Source: a virus | Lineage: Duplodnaviria; Heunggongvirae; Uroviricota; Caudoviricetes | DNA: 64,000 bases | Virus record (IMG/VR): IMGVR_UViG_2579779107_000005 | Reading direction: 5' to 3' (one strand) | In this document: one piece after another, positions 54,668-64,000 of the stretch | How positions within the stretch are numbered: position 1 is the stretch's first letter | Layout of the letters: each line of letters starts with the position of its first letter | Notes under the pieces: model-generated | Told to the model about the DNA's origin: nothing | Seen by the model: the letters and a program-made list of their open reading frames with translations, nothing else | The model's database searches: none | Position numbers and translations under genes: made by a program

Positions 54668-57358
54668 TTACTGTTCGGCTGCGTACACGCCGCCGTCGAG
54701 GGAGAACCACACGCCTGCTGCGGCGTTGCGGCTAATGACATTGCCGTCAGGGCCGACATCGACGCGCGCGATCGTCCCATTCGAGAATCGCGGGAGAATG
54801 GGGCCGCCGGCGCCTCCAGACAGGGCACCCTTGGGCCGATTGCCGACCTTCGCGGTGTAGAGCGCCGTGGCGGCTGTGCCGACCTTGAGCAGGCCGCGCG
54901 TGTGCACTCGGCCGTTGACGTTGACGTACGCGCCCTGAGTGAAGAGCGTGCCGTAGTTGGATGCGCCATTGAGGAATGCCACCGTGTTCCACGGGAGCGA
55001 GTCAGTCGCGGCCGTCGCGACGACGAGCCCGCCCAGTGAGTAGACGATTCCAGCGGCGCGGCCACCGATCGACGTGATCTTCCAGTTGAGCTGGTTGTTC
55101 GACGCCGGCGCGATGCCCCACCCCGCGATACCGCCACCAGAGCTGGTAGCGAGGTGGTGGATTTGCAAGCTCGGCTTCAATGGGGCGGAGCCAAGGTCGA
55201 TTACTGGAGTGTTGTCGGCGGAGACGGCAGGACCCACGACGGCGCCGCGCCACCAGGCGAAGCCGTACGGGTCGATCCAGTACGCGGCGGTGGCATCCTG
55301 TCCCTCGGTGCCCGCATTCGACGGGTTACTCCACCCGGTCATGAACTTGGCGCCAGTGCCGGTCGATCCCGCGGGGAGAATTTCTGTCCAGGTGGCGACA
55401 CCGGCGGCGGGAAACGCGATTCCGCTGAGGCTGACGTATTGACCAGCGGTGATACTTCCCGAGCTGATCCACCACACCTCGCCGTTCGGGTAGACCTTGA
55501 TCCGACCTAGCGCGTCGTTCCATGCAATAGGAGCGGTAAGGGTGAAGTCCGGCCGGAAGCCGTCTGGCAGCGTGAAAATGCGGTAGTCGCCGGCGGTGCT
55601 CGTGGCAAAACCAACCAACCCCTCGAGGATTACGATGCCGTCGGGGGTCTTGGTGAAGCACGCCTCCTTCCATGTGTTGCCGTAAGAGCCGAACTGGCTG
55701 CTGAGAAGACCCATCGCAGACAGCGTGATCTGCGTGGAGGTTGACTGGATGAGCATGCCTTGAATGAGAAGGTCACCGCCGCTGGTGCGTGCAACGACCA
55801 CGCGGTCGCCGGGCTGTGGCGAGTAGGGGAACATCCAGGGGATGCCGTAGCTGGTGAAGGTACTGGTGCCATCGAACTTCACGCGCGGCAGTCCGGCAGT
55901 GTAAAAGGGGTCGATGGTGGCGAACCGGAGGTCGGCGAAGTCGTGCACGCTCACCTCGTCGAGCACCTTCTTGCCGTCGTTCTGGAACATCTGTCCCTTG
56001 ACGTCGACCATGCCCTGCTCGCGGTACTTGCCGATGCCGAGGCCGAGGGAGGCGTCCCAGTGCATGAAGATGGCCCCGGTGGCGACGGTCGACGAGAGCG
56101 CCGTCGTGGCGAAGATGTCGATGACCTCGATCAGCACGTCCCACGAGTGGGTGATGTCGTACGTGCCGACGATCTTCGTGACGGCGAGGGCGATACCCGT
56201 GCCGGAGCCGGATGCGACCTGAGTCCAGACGCTCGTCCCGTGCTGCCGGGTCGAGAGTCGGTAGGTGACGGAGTTCTTCTCCGTGCTCGAAGGCTTGAGC
56301 GATGTGGCGCTCGCCTTGAGGATGGCCTTGATGTACGTGCCGTCATCGTTTGGGGTGCCGTCGACCAAGACCCGGGTGAGGCTGAGCGCGGTTGTGTCGA
56401 TGGAGGGAGGGGCGTATGGCAGCACCGTGACGGTCGTCGAGGTGCTGCCGGTGCGACCGCGGGAGTCGGTGACGGTTGCGATGACGGTGACGGTGCCTGA
56501 GCTGTTGATGATGCCGGTGGTGCCGGTGGCGGCGTTGATGGTCTGTCCATCGACGGTGATCTTGTAGGCGGTGATCGTCGATCCGTATGCGCCGGCCGCC
56601 CCCTGGATGCCCAGGTTGAGCCTGGAGGCGCCCTGAACGTATCCGCCGACCGCGTTTGCTACGGCCGCGACCGCTTCTGAGGCGCTCACTGACCCGATCG
56701 TGGGTGCGACAGTGGCGGGAGCAGTGAGGGTGAAGTTGATCGCCGTGGTGCCGATCAAGGTGCCGCCGTTGTAGGTGTAGGTGGTGATGGTGCCGACACC
56801 GCTGGTGGCGTTGGGGATGGCGGTCAAGAGGTCGAGCGGGGGAGTCCAGGACACCGACGCACCCACCCCACCGGCGATGGTGCCCGACTTGCTGCCGAAG
56901 GCGTAGTTGATCGTGTGGGTGAAGGAGGCGCTGGCCCGGTTGGTGTTGATCGTGACCGCGGAGCCCGCCGCGATCGGATTCGCCGAGAGCGTTGAGTTCG
57001 AGGCGCGCGGGATCGTGGGGATGCCGAGCCCCTGTGAGATATCGACCGGGCCGCCGTAGGTGCTGGTGCCGGTCGCATTGGTGTGCGCGCTCACGTTCAG
57101 GGTCCCGTAGGACCCGTCCGCGTTGTGGTAGACGTTGAGCGTCTGGTTCAGGATGTCGATGCTCGTCCCGTTGAACGAGAACGAGCCGGAGCCGTAGGTG
57201 CTGACAGAGAAGCCGATGCCGGAGGCGTTGCCGCTCCAGCCGCTGTCCGAGTAGGCGTACAGGTGCACGTTGACGGTCGAGAAGTTGCCCGAGACGTTCT
57301 GCGAGATGAGCGAGACGTCGAGCTGGTATGTCGCGTGCGCGGTCTTGATGATCGCCAT
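54668..57358 (-). CDS. minor tail / tail fibre protein
   Basis: 896 aa. Gly/Thr/Ser/Ala-rich beta-repeat protein in the tail module. Confidence 0.55.
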   Translation of the reverse strand: MAIIKTAHATYQLDVSLISQNVSGNFSTVNVHLYAYSDSGWSGNASGIGFSVSTYGSGSFSFNGTSIDILNQTLNVYHNADGSYGTLNVSAHTNATGTSTYGGPVDISQGLGIPTIPRASNSTLSANPIAAGSAVTINTNRASASFTHTINYAFGSKSGTIAGGVGASVSWTPPLDLLTAIPNATSGVGTITTYTYNGGTLIGTTAINFTLTAPATVAPTIGSVSASEAVAAVANAVGGYVQGASRLNLGIQGAAGAYGSTITAYKITVDGQTINAATGTTGIINSSGTVTVIATVTDSRGRTGSTSTTVTVLPYAPPSIDTTALSLTRVLVDGTPNDDGTYIKAILKASATSLKPSSTEKNSVTYRLSTRQHGTSVWTQVASGSGTGIALAVTKIVGTYDITHSWDVLIEVIDIFATTALSSTVATGAIFMHWDASLGLGIGKYREQGMVDVKGQMFQNDGKKVLDEVSVHDFADLRFATIDPFYTAGLPRVKFDGTSTFTSYGIPWMFPYSPQPGDRVVVARTSGGDLLIQGMLIQSTSTQITLSAMGLLSSQFGSYGNTWKEACFTKTPDGIVILEGLVGFATSTAGDYRIFTLPDGFRPDFTLTAPIAWNDALGRIKVYPNGEVWWISSGSITAGQYVSLSGIAFPAAGVATWTEILPAGSTGTGAKFMTGWSNPSNAGTEGQDATAAYWIDPYGFAWWRGAVVGPAVSADNTPVIDLGSAPLKPSLQIHHLATSSGGGIAGWGIAPASNNQLNWKITSIGGRAAGIVYSLGGLVVATAATDSLPWNTVAFLNGASNYGTLFTQGAYVNVNGRVHTRGLLKVGTAATALYTAKVGNRPKGALSGGAGGPILPRFSNGTIARVDVGPDGNVISRNAAAGVWFSLDGGVYAAEQ

Positions 57359-58914
57359 TAGAGGGCCTTCACCACCGTTCCAGTGCCGTATCGCTCAAGC
57401 TTGTGGTTGCCCAGGATGACCTCCTCGCCGACGAACGACCGCACGAACATCTGCCCGGAGTTCCAGTACGAGACGGCGGAGCCGTTCTCGAGCATCTCGA
57501 TGCGGTCGTTGCGGAGCGCGAGCTGGAAGCGGGAGTTGGGATTGCTGATGACGGCGCCCTGGGGGCCGAAGGCGTAGACCGTCTGCATGTCTGCGAGCGT
57601 GCCGGCGGTGGCGTTCGCGTCGTCGGCGACGTCCTGCACGCGGCCGGCGATGATGGTCACGGTGTCGTTTGCGGAGATGTCGAGGTCGTTGCCGATGGTC
57701 GGCGACAGCTCGTTGACGGTGATAGTGCCCGCGATGAGCTGGTCGGCTCCGAGAGTGTGGGCCGTGATGAGGCCGCCGTCGAGAGTTCCGACCGTCGCCT
57801 TGCCGAGGTCGATCGACGCGATGACCTCATGGGAGACGGTCTGCGGAACCCATGTGGCGCCGTCCCACTGCCACTGTCCGATGATCGCCAGGGTCGAGTC
57901 GCGCTGGAACCAGAGGTCGCCCTCGTTCGTGCCATCTCGGTCGGGGGAGGTGATGGCGGTGGTCAGATGGTTCCCGCCCAGCGTGATGACGTCGGGCGCC
58001 AGGTCGGCGGCGGTGACGCCCATGACCGTGACGATGCCCGGCGCGCTCGGTGCCGTCTCGGTTCCGAGGCTGTCGACGGCGATGAAGCGGACCTCATAGT
58101 CCTCGCCGACGGTGAGGCCGCCGATCTGGATGCTGCCGCCCCCGCGCATGAGCACGCCGCCCATGCGCGTCCAGTCGTCGGCGCCGCGGGGCGAGACCTC
58201 GGCGTAGATGTAGCGGAACTGCGAGGGGGGCAGCACACCGTTGAATGAGCCGTACCATCCTGCGACCACGACGCCGGCCGCCGAACTCAGCACGGGGCCG
58301 GGCGGAGTCGCCATGTCCTCGAGGGTGGCCGGAATTGTGACGCGCCAGTCCGTGCTCAGCGCGCTCGAGACGCCGTAGGCCGAGATGGAGGCGACCTTGA
58401 CCTGGTAGTCGACACCCGGCTGCAGGCCGTTGACCTGAATCTGTCCGTTCGGAGAGTTCCCCAGCATGAGGTACGACGGGCCGGGGTCGACCGTGGTGCC
58501 GTCGCCGGGGTCCACGACGTCCTGGTGGTACACGCGCACCCACGCCTGGTAGTTCGTCGGGATGAGCGGGTTGCCGTCGACGTCGAGGTCGTTCGGCATG
58601 ATCGAGACGTCGAGGCGACCGTGGGGCGCGCCCTGCTGGTCGAAGTACGTCGACGGGGCGGCGACGAAGCTGTCATGGTCGATCGCCAGCGGGATGCGGT
58701 TCTTCTCGTACTCCGCGGCGAGCTGCGCTGCCGCCGAGTTGGCGGCGGCGGTGATGGCGTTTCCCGACGAGCGGAGCGCGGTCTGCGAGTTGTTCGCGAG
58801 CTGCTGCCGGTACGTGTCCTCGTCGCGCATGAAGCGCTCGACCCTGCGCACCCACGGCTGCGCGGAAACCGGCAGGCCGTTGTCTGTGAGCACCTCGGAG
58901 GACATGCTCAACAT
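57358..58914 (-). CDS. minor tail protein with FN3-like repeats
   Basis: About 518 aa from ATG 58914 (MLSMSSEVLT). The ORF track extends to 59028, through the upstream motif. Repeats of the type VDYQVKVASISAYGVSS / EDYEVRFIAVDSLGTE. Confidence 0.5.
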   Translation of the reverse strand: MLSMSSEVLTDNGLPVSAQPWVRRVERFMRDEDTYRQQLANNSQTALRSSGNAITAAANSAAAQLAAEYEKNRIPLAIDHDSFVAAPSTYFDQQGAPHGRLDVSIMPNDLDVDGNPLIPTNYQAWVRVYHQDVVDPGDGTTVDPGPSYLMLGNSPNGQIQVNGLQPGVDYQVKVASISAYGVSSALSTDWRVTIPATLEDMATPPGPVLSSAAGVVVAGWYGSFNGVLPPSQFRYIYAEVSPRGADDWTRMGGVLMRGGGSIQIGGLTVGEDYEVRFIAVDSLGTETAPSAPGIVTVMGVTAADLAPDVITLGGNHLTTAITSPDRDGTNEGDLWFQRDSTLAIIGQWQWDGATWVPQTVSHEVIASIDLGKATVGTLDGGLITAHTLGADQLIAGTITVNELSPTIGNDLDISANDTVTIIAGRVQDVADDANATAGTLADMQTVYAFGPQGAVISNPNSRFQLALRNDRIEMLENGSAVSYWNSGQMFVRSFVGEEVILGNHKLERYGTGTVVKAL

Positions 58915-58921
58915 TCTGTCA

Positions 58922-58937
58922 GGGAATTCCCAGAAAC
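58922..58937 (-). promoter_or_regulatory. late-gene upstream motif (GGGAATTCCCAGAAAC)
   Basis: Lies 10-25 nt upstream of ATG 58914. Contains the GGGAATTCCC palindrome. Confidence 0.4.
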
Positions 58938-61037
58938 CTAATGGGTACGCAGCGGCGAGGAGGCGAACTGCACGTCGGTGCGCGCCTCCCACACAGCATC
59001 GAAGGCTTCGAATGTGAGGTCTTGCCACACGGCGTCGAAGTCGTCCATGGTCGTGTCGCCGGTTGCCGTGACCTGGACGCCACCCTGCGAGCTGGCTGCG
59101 CTGGTGATCCGGTAGAAGGCGTCGCCGTGTCGGAATCGGGCACCGGCGAGTTCGCCGATGGGCAGGCCGGGGTCGGCGAAGTTCCCGCTGAGGGTGACGA
59201 CCGGCTCGGCGATGGTGGGGATCGTCTCGCTGGCGACACGATCGGCAGTTGCGCGACTCTGGACGTGCTTCGAGTCGATCGAGACCGTCTCATTGGGGGC
59301 GTCACCCTCCGCGAGCCCGGTGTCGTAGGTCAGCTTCGACGGGTGATCGATGATGCCGCTCGCGCGGATGCGCAGGCTTGAGTAGAAGGTGTTGTCGCCA
59401 GACTGCATCGAGATGGCGAACGGGGCGAGGCTCTTCTCGTTCTGGCCGGAGGTGATGGTGATGATGAGTGTGTCGGCGTTCTCGCCGATCGCCACCGTCA
59501 CCGAGCCGCCGAGGCGTTCCCAGGCTGCGGGGTCAAGGGTCTCGACGCTGCCCGTGTTCTGCGTGGTGGTGGTGTCGTTCGTCCCCTGCCCGACGACGGT
59601 GTAGACCGAGCCGTTCGCGCCGTCGCGCGGGCCAACCTCCTTCATGCACTTGGGCTGCTCGACAGACGTGAGGGAGCCGAGGATGGGGACCTCGATCTTG
59701 GTGATGGCGTTGGCGTCGACCGTCAGAATCGGAGCATCCTCGTTCCATCCGGCAGGGGTGAGAATGTCGAGCGTGTCGTCGTACGAGGCGGGAGGGTAGA
59801 CGAGCGCGTTGGTCTCGTGAGTGGAGCCGTAGTTGCGGACCTCGAGGGTCTCGGCGAGCTGAGACTCGTCGCTGGTGATGCTGGGGCGCTCCAGGTTGTC
59901 GCTGTCGATGAAGCGCTCGCGCGGCGGCCGAAGGAACACTGCGTCGCCTCGATCGCTCATCTCGACGCCCTGGACGGCGAGGAACTCCTTGAGCACGGTG
60001 AGCAGGTTGTCCTTGAAGCCGTGGACGAGGACGGGTCGCTCGGCGATCGAGAGGTCGACATTCAGTGGCCGGGACACTCCAACGGCGGCGAAGAGCATGG
60101 CGACGAAGCCGTCGAGGCTTCCGGTGAAGGGGTCGACGCGGCGCACTACGTTCAGTCGGGCAGCGACCGAGTAGCTCGTGATCGAGACGGTGGTGCCGTC
60201 GCTCGAGGGGCTGTCGATGCGTCCCTGGACAACCGGAGCACCCGCGTCGAACACGGTCAGCTCTCCGCCGCCGAGCAGCATGGATTCGTCGAATTCGGCC
60301 ACGCCGACCTGGACCGTGGTCGCGCCACCCGAGGTGTCGTTGGGGGTGAGTGGGGTCACGTTCTCCGTGATGGCGTAGGTGGTGAGGTTCTCCACCGTGT
60401 AGTACGGGCCGGGCTCGTTCGTGAGCGTGCGATTGGTGCGGATGGAGCGGGAGGCGTTCGTGGCACCCTCCCAGTAGTAGAACGCGCCCTCGGTCGCGGC
60501 TGAGGGGCTGTCTCCGTAGAACGGTGGCATCCCTGCGCCCATGATCGAGCCGAGCTTGACGTCGATCTTGTCGTCGACGGCACCTCCGTCAACGCGGAGC
60601 AGGAGGCCGTAGTTCGGCGCCGCGCCGATCGTCAGGGTGGAGACGCGCTCGACCCAGCCGCCGCTCGCCGTCGCGAACGAGGCGCCGGTGGGATTGTCGG
60701 CCGCGAGTTGGCTGGTGCCCTTGCGGAGGCCAAGCGTGCAGCCGGCCTGCGGGGCACTGGTACGCACCCAGAGGCGGATGTCGAAGGTCCCAGCGGGGAG
60801 GTCAACTCCCGTGAGGTTCACACCGATGAGGGCGGGGCCGGCGGCTGCCCGGATGAAGCGCAGGTAACGCTCTTCTTCGTCTTGCGCGAGCGACGGCGCG
60901 CCGAGTGTGGAGCTGAGTGTCACCCAGAGTCCTGCTCGGTCGGTGGCGTGAGGTGTGGGGAGGTAGTTGAGGGCAAGGGGCGCGCTAAGTGCGTAGAGCG
61001 GCAGGGGCGGCTGCTGAATGCCGAGAGTGACGGTCAT
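58938..61037 (-). CDS. minor tail protein (Tal-like position)
   Basis: 699 aa ORF directly downstream of the Dit-like gene. Confidence 0.5.
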   Translation of the reverse strand: MTVTLGIQQPPLPLYALSAPLALNYLPTPHATDRAGLWVTLSSTLGAPSLAQDEEERYLRFIRAAAGPALIGVNLTGVDLPAGTFDIRLWVRTSAPQAGCTLGLRKGTSQLAADNPTGASFATASGGWVERVSTLTIGAAPNYGLLLRVDGGAVDDKIDVKLGSIMGAGMPPFYGDSPSAATEGAFYYWEGATNASRSIRTNRTLTNEPGPYYTVENLTTYAITENVTPLTPNDTSGGATTVQVGVAEFDESMLLGGGELTVFDAGAPVVQGRIDSPSSDGTTVSITSYSVAARLNVVRRVDPFTGSLDGFVAMLFAAVGVSRPLNVDLSIAERPVLVHGFKDNLLTVLKEFLAVQGVEMSDRGDAVFLRPPRERFIDSDNLERPSITSDESQLAETLEVRNYGSTHETNALVYPPASYDDTLDILTPAGWNEDAPILTVDANAITKIEVPILGSLTSVEQPKCMKEVGPRDGANGSVYTVVGQGTNDTTTTQNTGSVETLDPAAWERLGGSVTVAIGENADTLIITITSGQNEKSLAPFAISMQSGDNTFYSSLRIRASGIIDHPSKLTYDTGLAEGDAPNETVSIDSKHVQSRATADRVASETIPTIAEPVVTLSGNFADPGLPIGELAGARFRHGDAFYRITSAASSQGGVQVTATGDTTMDDFDAVWQDLTFEAFDAVWEARTDVQFASSPLRTH

Positions 61038-61038
61038 G

Positions 61039-61059
61039 TCCAGAATTCTCCCATGAAAC
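61039..61059 (-). promoter_or_regulatory. late-gene upstream motif variant (TCCAGAATTCTCCCATGAAAC)
   Basis: Directly upstream of ATG 61037. Reverse-strand GGGAGAA lies 9 nt from the start. Confidence 0.35.
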
Positions 61060-61953
61060 TCACAGCTTCAACCAGGCGCCGACCTCGACCAGCTTGGCGG
61101 CGACGGACACCTCGGCGCGCTCGTTCACGCTGGAGAGCGCGGTGACCGTGGGTTCGTCTGCGAACGCGCAGCCAGAGTGTCCGCGCCCAGAGATGTACTC
61201 GCCGCCCTGGGGGGCGCGGTCGCTCCGGACGATCTGGAGGATCAGGGCCGACAGGGTGAGAGTGTCGCCCGGGGAGCCGTCGAGCTGGATGTCGACGCCG
61301 GTGGCGCCCTGGAACGACTCCTTGACGCGCTGCCCCGTGAGCCCGAGGGGCGTGAGGTATCGACCGGCGCTGCCGACGGGGGAGACCTTCACTCCGGCGT
61401 CGCCCGTAGCGCTCCCGTGGAATCCGGCCCAGAGGGTGTGCCCGGGCGGGATCGGCAGGTAGAAGGAGCGGGGGACCGACGTGTCCGTCAGCGTGTAGCG
61501 AGCCGAGAACGTGGGGTAACGCATGGTGTTCGCCGACGTTCGCACGGCTTCGGGCCGCGGTGCTGCGACCCCTGAGCGGACGTCGTTCAGGAGGGAGGGG
61601 GCGTCGCTGCAGGCGAGCACCGGGTTGCCCCAGTTGATCGGAGCGAGGTTGAGGTCCATCTCCATCGGGTCGATGAAGTAGACGAGGTTCTCGGGGACGA
61701 CGAACTTCGCCAGGGGGTCGTTGTCGTAGATGCCGGCGGCGAAGTCCAGCACCGGTCGCATCTCGAGTCGGCCGGCGACGGGCCAGCTCATGTTGTACTC
61801 GGCGTGCGACGTGCGCGATCCGAGCACGGCGGAGCCGCCGTTCACGAAGCTGAGCTGGGTGGGCAGCTTCTTCCGAGAGAAGTCGGCGCTGCTCGCCGGT
61901 GCCTTCACCCACGTCTCATTGCCGCGGGTGCCCATCCACATCACCTGTGCCAC
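61060..61953 (-). CDS. distal tail protein (Dit)-like
   Basis: About 297 aa. GTG start overlapping the TMP stop. Position directly after the tape measure gene. Confidence 0.45.
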   Translation of the reverse strand: MAQVMWMGTRGNETWVKAPASSADFSRKKLPTQLSFVNGGSAVLGSRTSHAEYNMSWPVAGRLEMRPVLDFAAGIYDNDPLAKFVVPENLVYFIDPMEMDLNLAPINWGNPVLACSDAPSLLNDVRSGVAAPRPEAVRTSANTMRYPTFSARYTLTDTSVPRSFYLPIPPGHTLWAGFHGSATGDAGVKVSPVGSAGRYLTPLGLTGQRVKESFQGATGVDIQLDGSPGDTLTLSALILQIVRSDRAPQGGEYISGRGHSGCAFADEPTVTALSSVNERAEVSVAAKLVEVGAWLKL

Positions 61954-64000
61954 TACCTGACTCCTGCCTTGACGAGACGGGCGTTCGCGCCGGACGCTGC
62001 GGTCGCGAGCACGCCGTCGTTGATGGTGAGCGAGTCCGCGAATTCCTGGAAGAGTCCGCGGAGGAACATGCGGTCGGCGGCCGACCACTGCGAGACGGTC
62101 GCCTGGGCACCGAGGTTCGGCATGGATCGGCCGACGGGACCGCCCGAGGCGTAGCCGCGGAGCGCGCGCTGGTGCATGTACGCGAGGTTCTCGACGCCGT
62201 AGTAGCGCACCGCTTCCTTCGGGAAGACGTACTCGTCGCGGTGGACGTATCCCGCGATGTCGTACTTCGCGCCGGACCCGGTGTAGCCACCGACGTCGTA
62301 GAAGTTCATGCCGCCCGAGGAATAGGTGATGCCGCCGGGGCCGGAGACCTTCGCAGTGATCGGGTGGCCGTTGAAGTAGCCCACGATGCCTGAGCGCATG
62401 CCGGCGGCCATCATGGCACCGATGCTCGTCACCTGGCCGTAGCTGTAGGTGGCGTTGACGTTCACTGCGGCGCTCGAGGCGTTGATCGTCTGCAGCACGC
62501 TGGTGAGGGTCGATCGCGCCGGATAGTCCTGGCCGCCGATGGTGACGTTCTGCTTGCCCTGGGCGATGGCCGCCAGGGTGGCGCTGAGCACCTGCTGGGC
62601 GGGGATGTTCTGGCCGCCGATGGTCACCGTCGCGTTCGACGTGTTGACGTCCTCGAGGATGGTGCGCAGCGCGTTGCCCGCGGGGACGTTGTTGCCGTTG
62701 ACTTCGACGTAGCCGACCGACTTGTTGATCGAGTTCACGATCTGGTCGAGGGCGGTCTGCGCCTTGACCTGGTGGCCGTTGATTTCGACGTAGGCGGCGC
62801 CCTTGTTGATGTCGTCGAGGACGTTCTGCAGCGCCGTGTACGCCGGCATGTCTTCGCCGTAGATGTTCACGGTCGGAGTCGAGTTGTCGATGAGCTGGAA
62901 GAGGCTCTCGAGCGCGTCGCCGACGGGCTTCGTGTCGCCCTGGAAGTGGATGGTCTTGGTGGTGCTGTCGGAGCCTGCGTCGTCGCCGAGCAGCCCGTCG
63001 AGCAGGCTGTCCCAGTCGAGGCCGCCGCCACCTCCGCCGCCGCCGCCGCCACCTCCGCCGCCCGAGGAGTTCGCGGCATCGAGCTTCGCCTGGAACTCGG
63101 CCAGGGCGATGTTGGCGGCGTCGAGGCCGTCGACCGAGATGGTGATGTTGCGGGGGATGCGACTGATCGCAAGGCCCATGTCGTCGAAGGAGCTGGCGTA
63201 GCCCATGATGGCGTCGCTGGAGTAGCCGGCCTGGGTTGCCTGCTGGATGAACTCGGCCTTGAGCTGCGCAGTCTTGGCGCGAAGCTGGTCGGCGGGCATG
63301 CCGCTCGAGGCGAGGGCCGTGATGTAGTCCTGGTACTTCGACACGAGGTCGGTGAGCGCCTTGCGGTTCTCGATCGCCGCCGAGCTGTTCCCGACGAGGG
63401 TCTTCGAGGCGGAATCCTGCGCGTCGTTGAGGTCCTTCTGCGCGTCGGCGGCGTCCTTGTTGGCCTCGTTGAGGTCACCCTGGGCGTCGGCGGTGTCGGC
63501 CGCGTTCTTGGCGAGTTCCGCCTGAATCTTCTTGACGCGCTCGGCATCGCCGTACATCTGAGCGACGCGGAGCCAATACTCCAGGTTGCTCTTGTCGGCC
63601 GCCAGCTCCATCAGGGTCGCGTTGGCGTCCTTCGCCTTCTGATTGGCGTCGTCGATCGCCTTGGCGGCGTCCTCGATCTTGCCCTGAGCATCGTCGGCCT
63701 TCTGGGCGATGTCGTTCCACGCCGAGGAGATGTTGTCGAGCGCGGTCTGTGGGCCGAACTTGATGTCGGCGATCCGCTTGAAAACGCCGGAGAGGTCGTT
63801 GCCGTAGTCCACGAGAGTGCGAACCTGCTTGGCTGCGCCGCCGGCAGCGCCGCCGAGTCCGCCTCCGCCGCCACCGACGCTCTTGGCGGCGCTGGCCGCA
63901 CCGTTCTTGAGCTTGGCGAGCATGGTCGTGACGGCGTTGCCGGTCTTGTTCGTGGTGACTGCGGCGCCGGTGAGCGAGCTGAGCACGCCAAGGAGCGGGG
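61953..64000 (-). CDS. tape measure protein (partial; 5' end beyond window end)
   Basis: At least 680 aa in the window. Ala/Gln/Lys-rich coiled-coil, poly-Gly tracts and a C-terminal Gly-rich region. Runs off the right edge. Upstream of Dit. Confidence 0.7.
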   Translation of the reverse strand, partial: PLLGVLSSLTGAAVTTNKTGNAVTTMLAKLKNGAASAAKSVGGGGGGLGGAAGGAAKQVRTLVDYGNDLSGVFKRIADIKFGPQTALDNISSAWNDIAQKADDAQGKIEDAAKAIDDANQKAKDANATLMELAADKSNLEYWLRVAQMYGDAERVKKIQAELAKNAADTADAQGDLNEANKDAADAQKDLNDAQDSASKTLVGNSSAAIENRKALTDLVSKYQDYITALASSGMPADQLRAKTAQLKAEFIQQATQAGYSSDAIMGYASSFDDMGLAISRIPRNITISVDGLDAANIALAEFQAKLDAANSSGGGGGGGGGGGGGGLDWDSLLDGLLGDDAGSDSTTKTIHFQGDTKPVGDALESLFQLIDNSTPTVNIYGEDMPAYTALQNVLDDINKGAAYVEINGHQVKAQTALDQIVNSINKSVGYVEVNGNNVPAGNALRTILEDVNTSNATVTIGGQNIPAQQVLSATLAAIAQGKQNVTIGGQDYPARSTLTSVLQTINASSAAVNVNATYSYGQVTSIGAMMAAGMRSGIVGYFNGHPITAKVSGPGGITYSSGGMNFYDVGGYTGSGAKYDIAGYVHRDEYVFPKEAVRYYGVENLAYMHQRALRGYASGGPVGRSMPNLGAQATVSQWSAADRMFLRGLFQEFADSLTINDGVLATAASGANARLVKAGVR

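Noticed and set aside
63000-63075. GGCGGAGGTGGCGGCGGCGGCGG tract as a possible simple repeat or CRISPR-like feature
   Set aside because: It is the coding sequence of a poly-Gly linker inside the tape measure protein. There is no spacer-repeat architecture anywhere in the window.

Overview
High-GC (about 68%) window that reads as most of a siphovirus-type actinobacteriophage genome, not host chromosome. The structural late operon is on the minus strand and is split across the two window ends. At the left are TerS, TerL, portal, scaffold/protease, capsid and a partial connector-like gene (7196 down to 1). At the right are lysis genes (M15 endolysin, holin-like), tail collar, minor tail proteins, Dit-like, and a partial tape measure protein (52870 to 64000). 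This implies a circular or circularly permuted genome with about 6-10 kb (rest of TMP, tail chaperones, major tail, connectors) outside the window. The middle holds two divergent early blocks. A minus-strand block (12362-20591) has dNMP kinase, HAD nucleotidase, RNA ligase, DnaQ-like exonuclease, a lipoprotein, an SPFH protein and many small membrane genes. A plus-strand block (22050-51001) has about 55 tightly packed genes including SNF2 helicase, a WhiB-like regulator, a RecB/Cas4-like nuclease, a Prs-like phosphoribosyltransferase plus NAMPT/NadV pair (candidate NAD+ reconstitution, NARP1-like), a RecA-like AAA ATPase, a PrimPol-helicase, a Toprim protein and a RuvC-like resolvase. The two blocks are separated by a 1.46 kb lower-GC non-coding region (20592-22049) and meet the right-hand late block at a bidirectional terminator (about 51011-51048). 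Accessory features are an IS481-family element (7294-10151) with a passenger secreted-protein gene and intact 15-bp target-site duplication, and a DGQHR (DndB-like) domain protein next to it. There are also a tRNA-like element with an aberrant anticodon arm, an AT-rich iteron region (about 25990-26290), and two dispersed motif families. One is a TTAGC-N2-GCTAA inverted repeat (at least 17 copies, mostly in early-block gaps). The other is TCCCAG(G)AAAC upstream of late genes. No integrase, CRISPR array or rRNA was seen. All coordinates are hand-counted and may be off by 1-3 nt.
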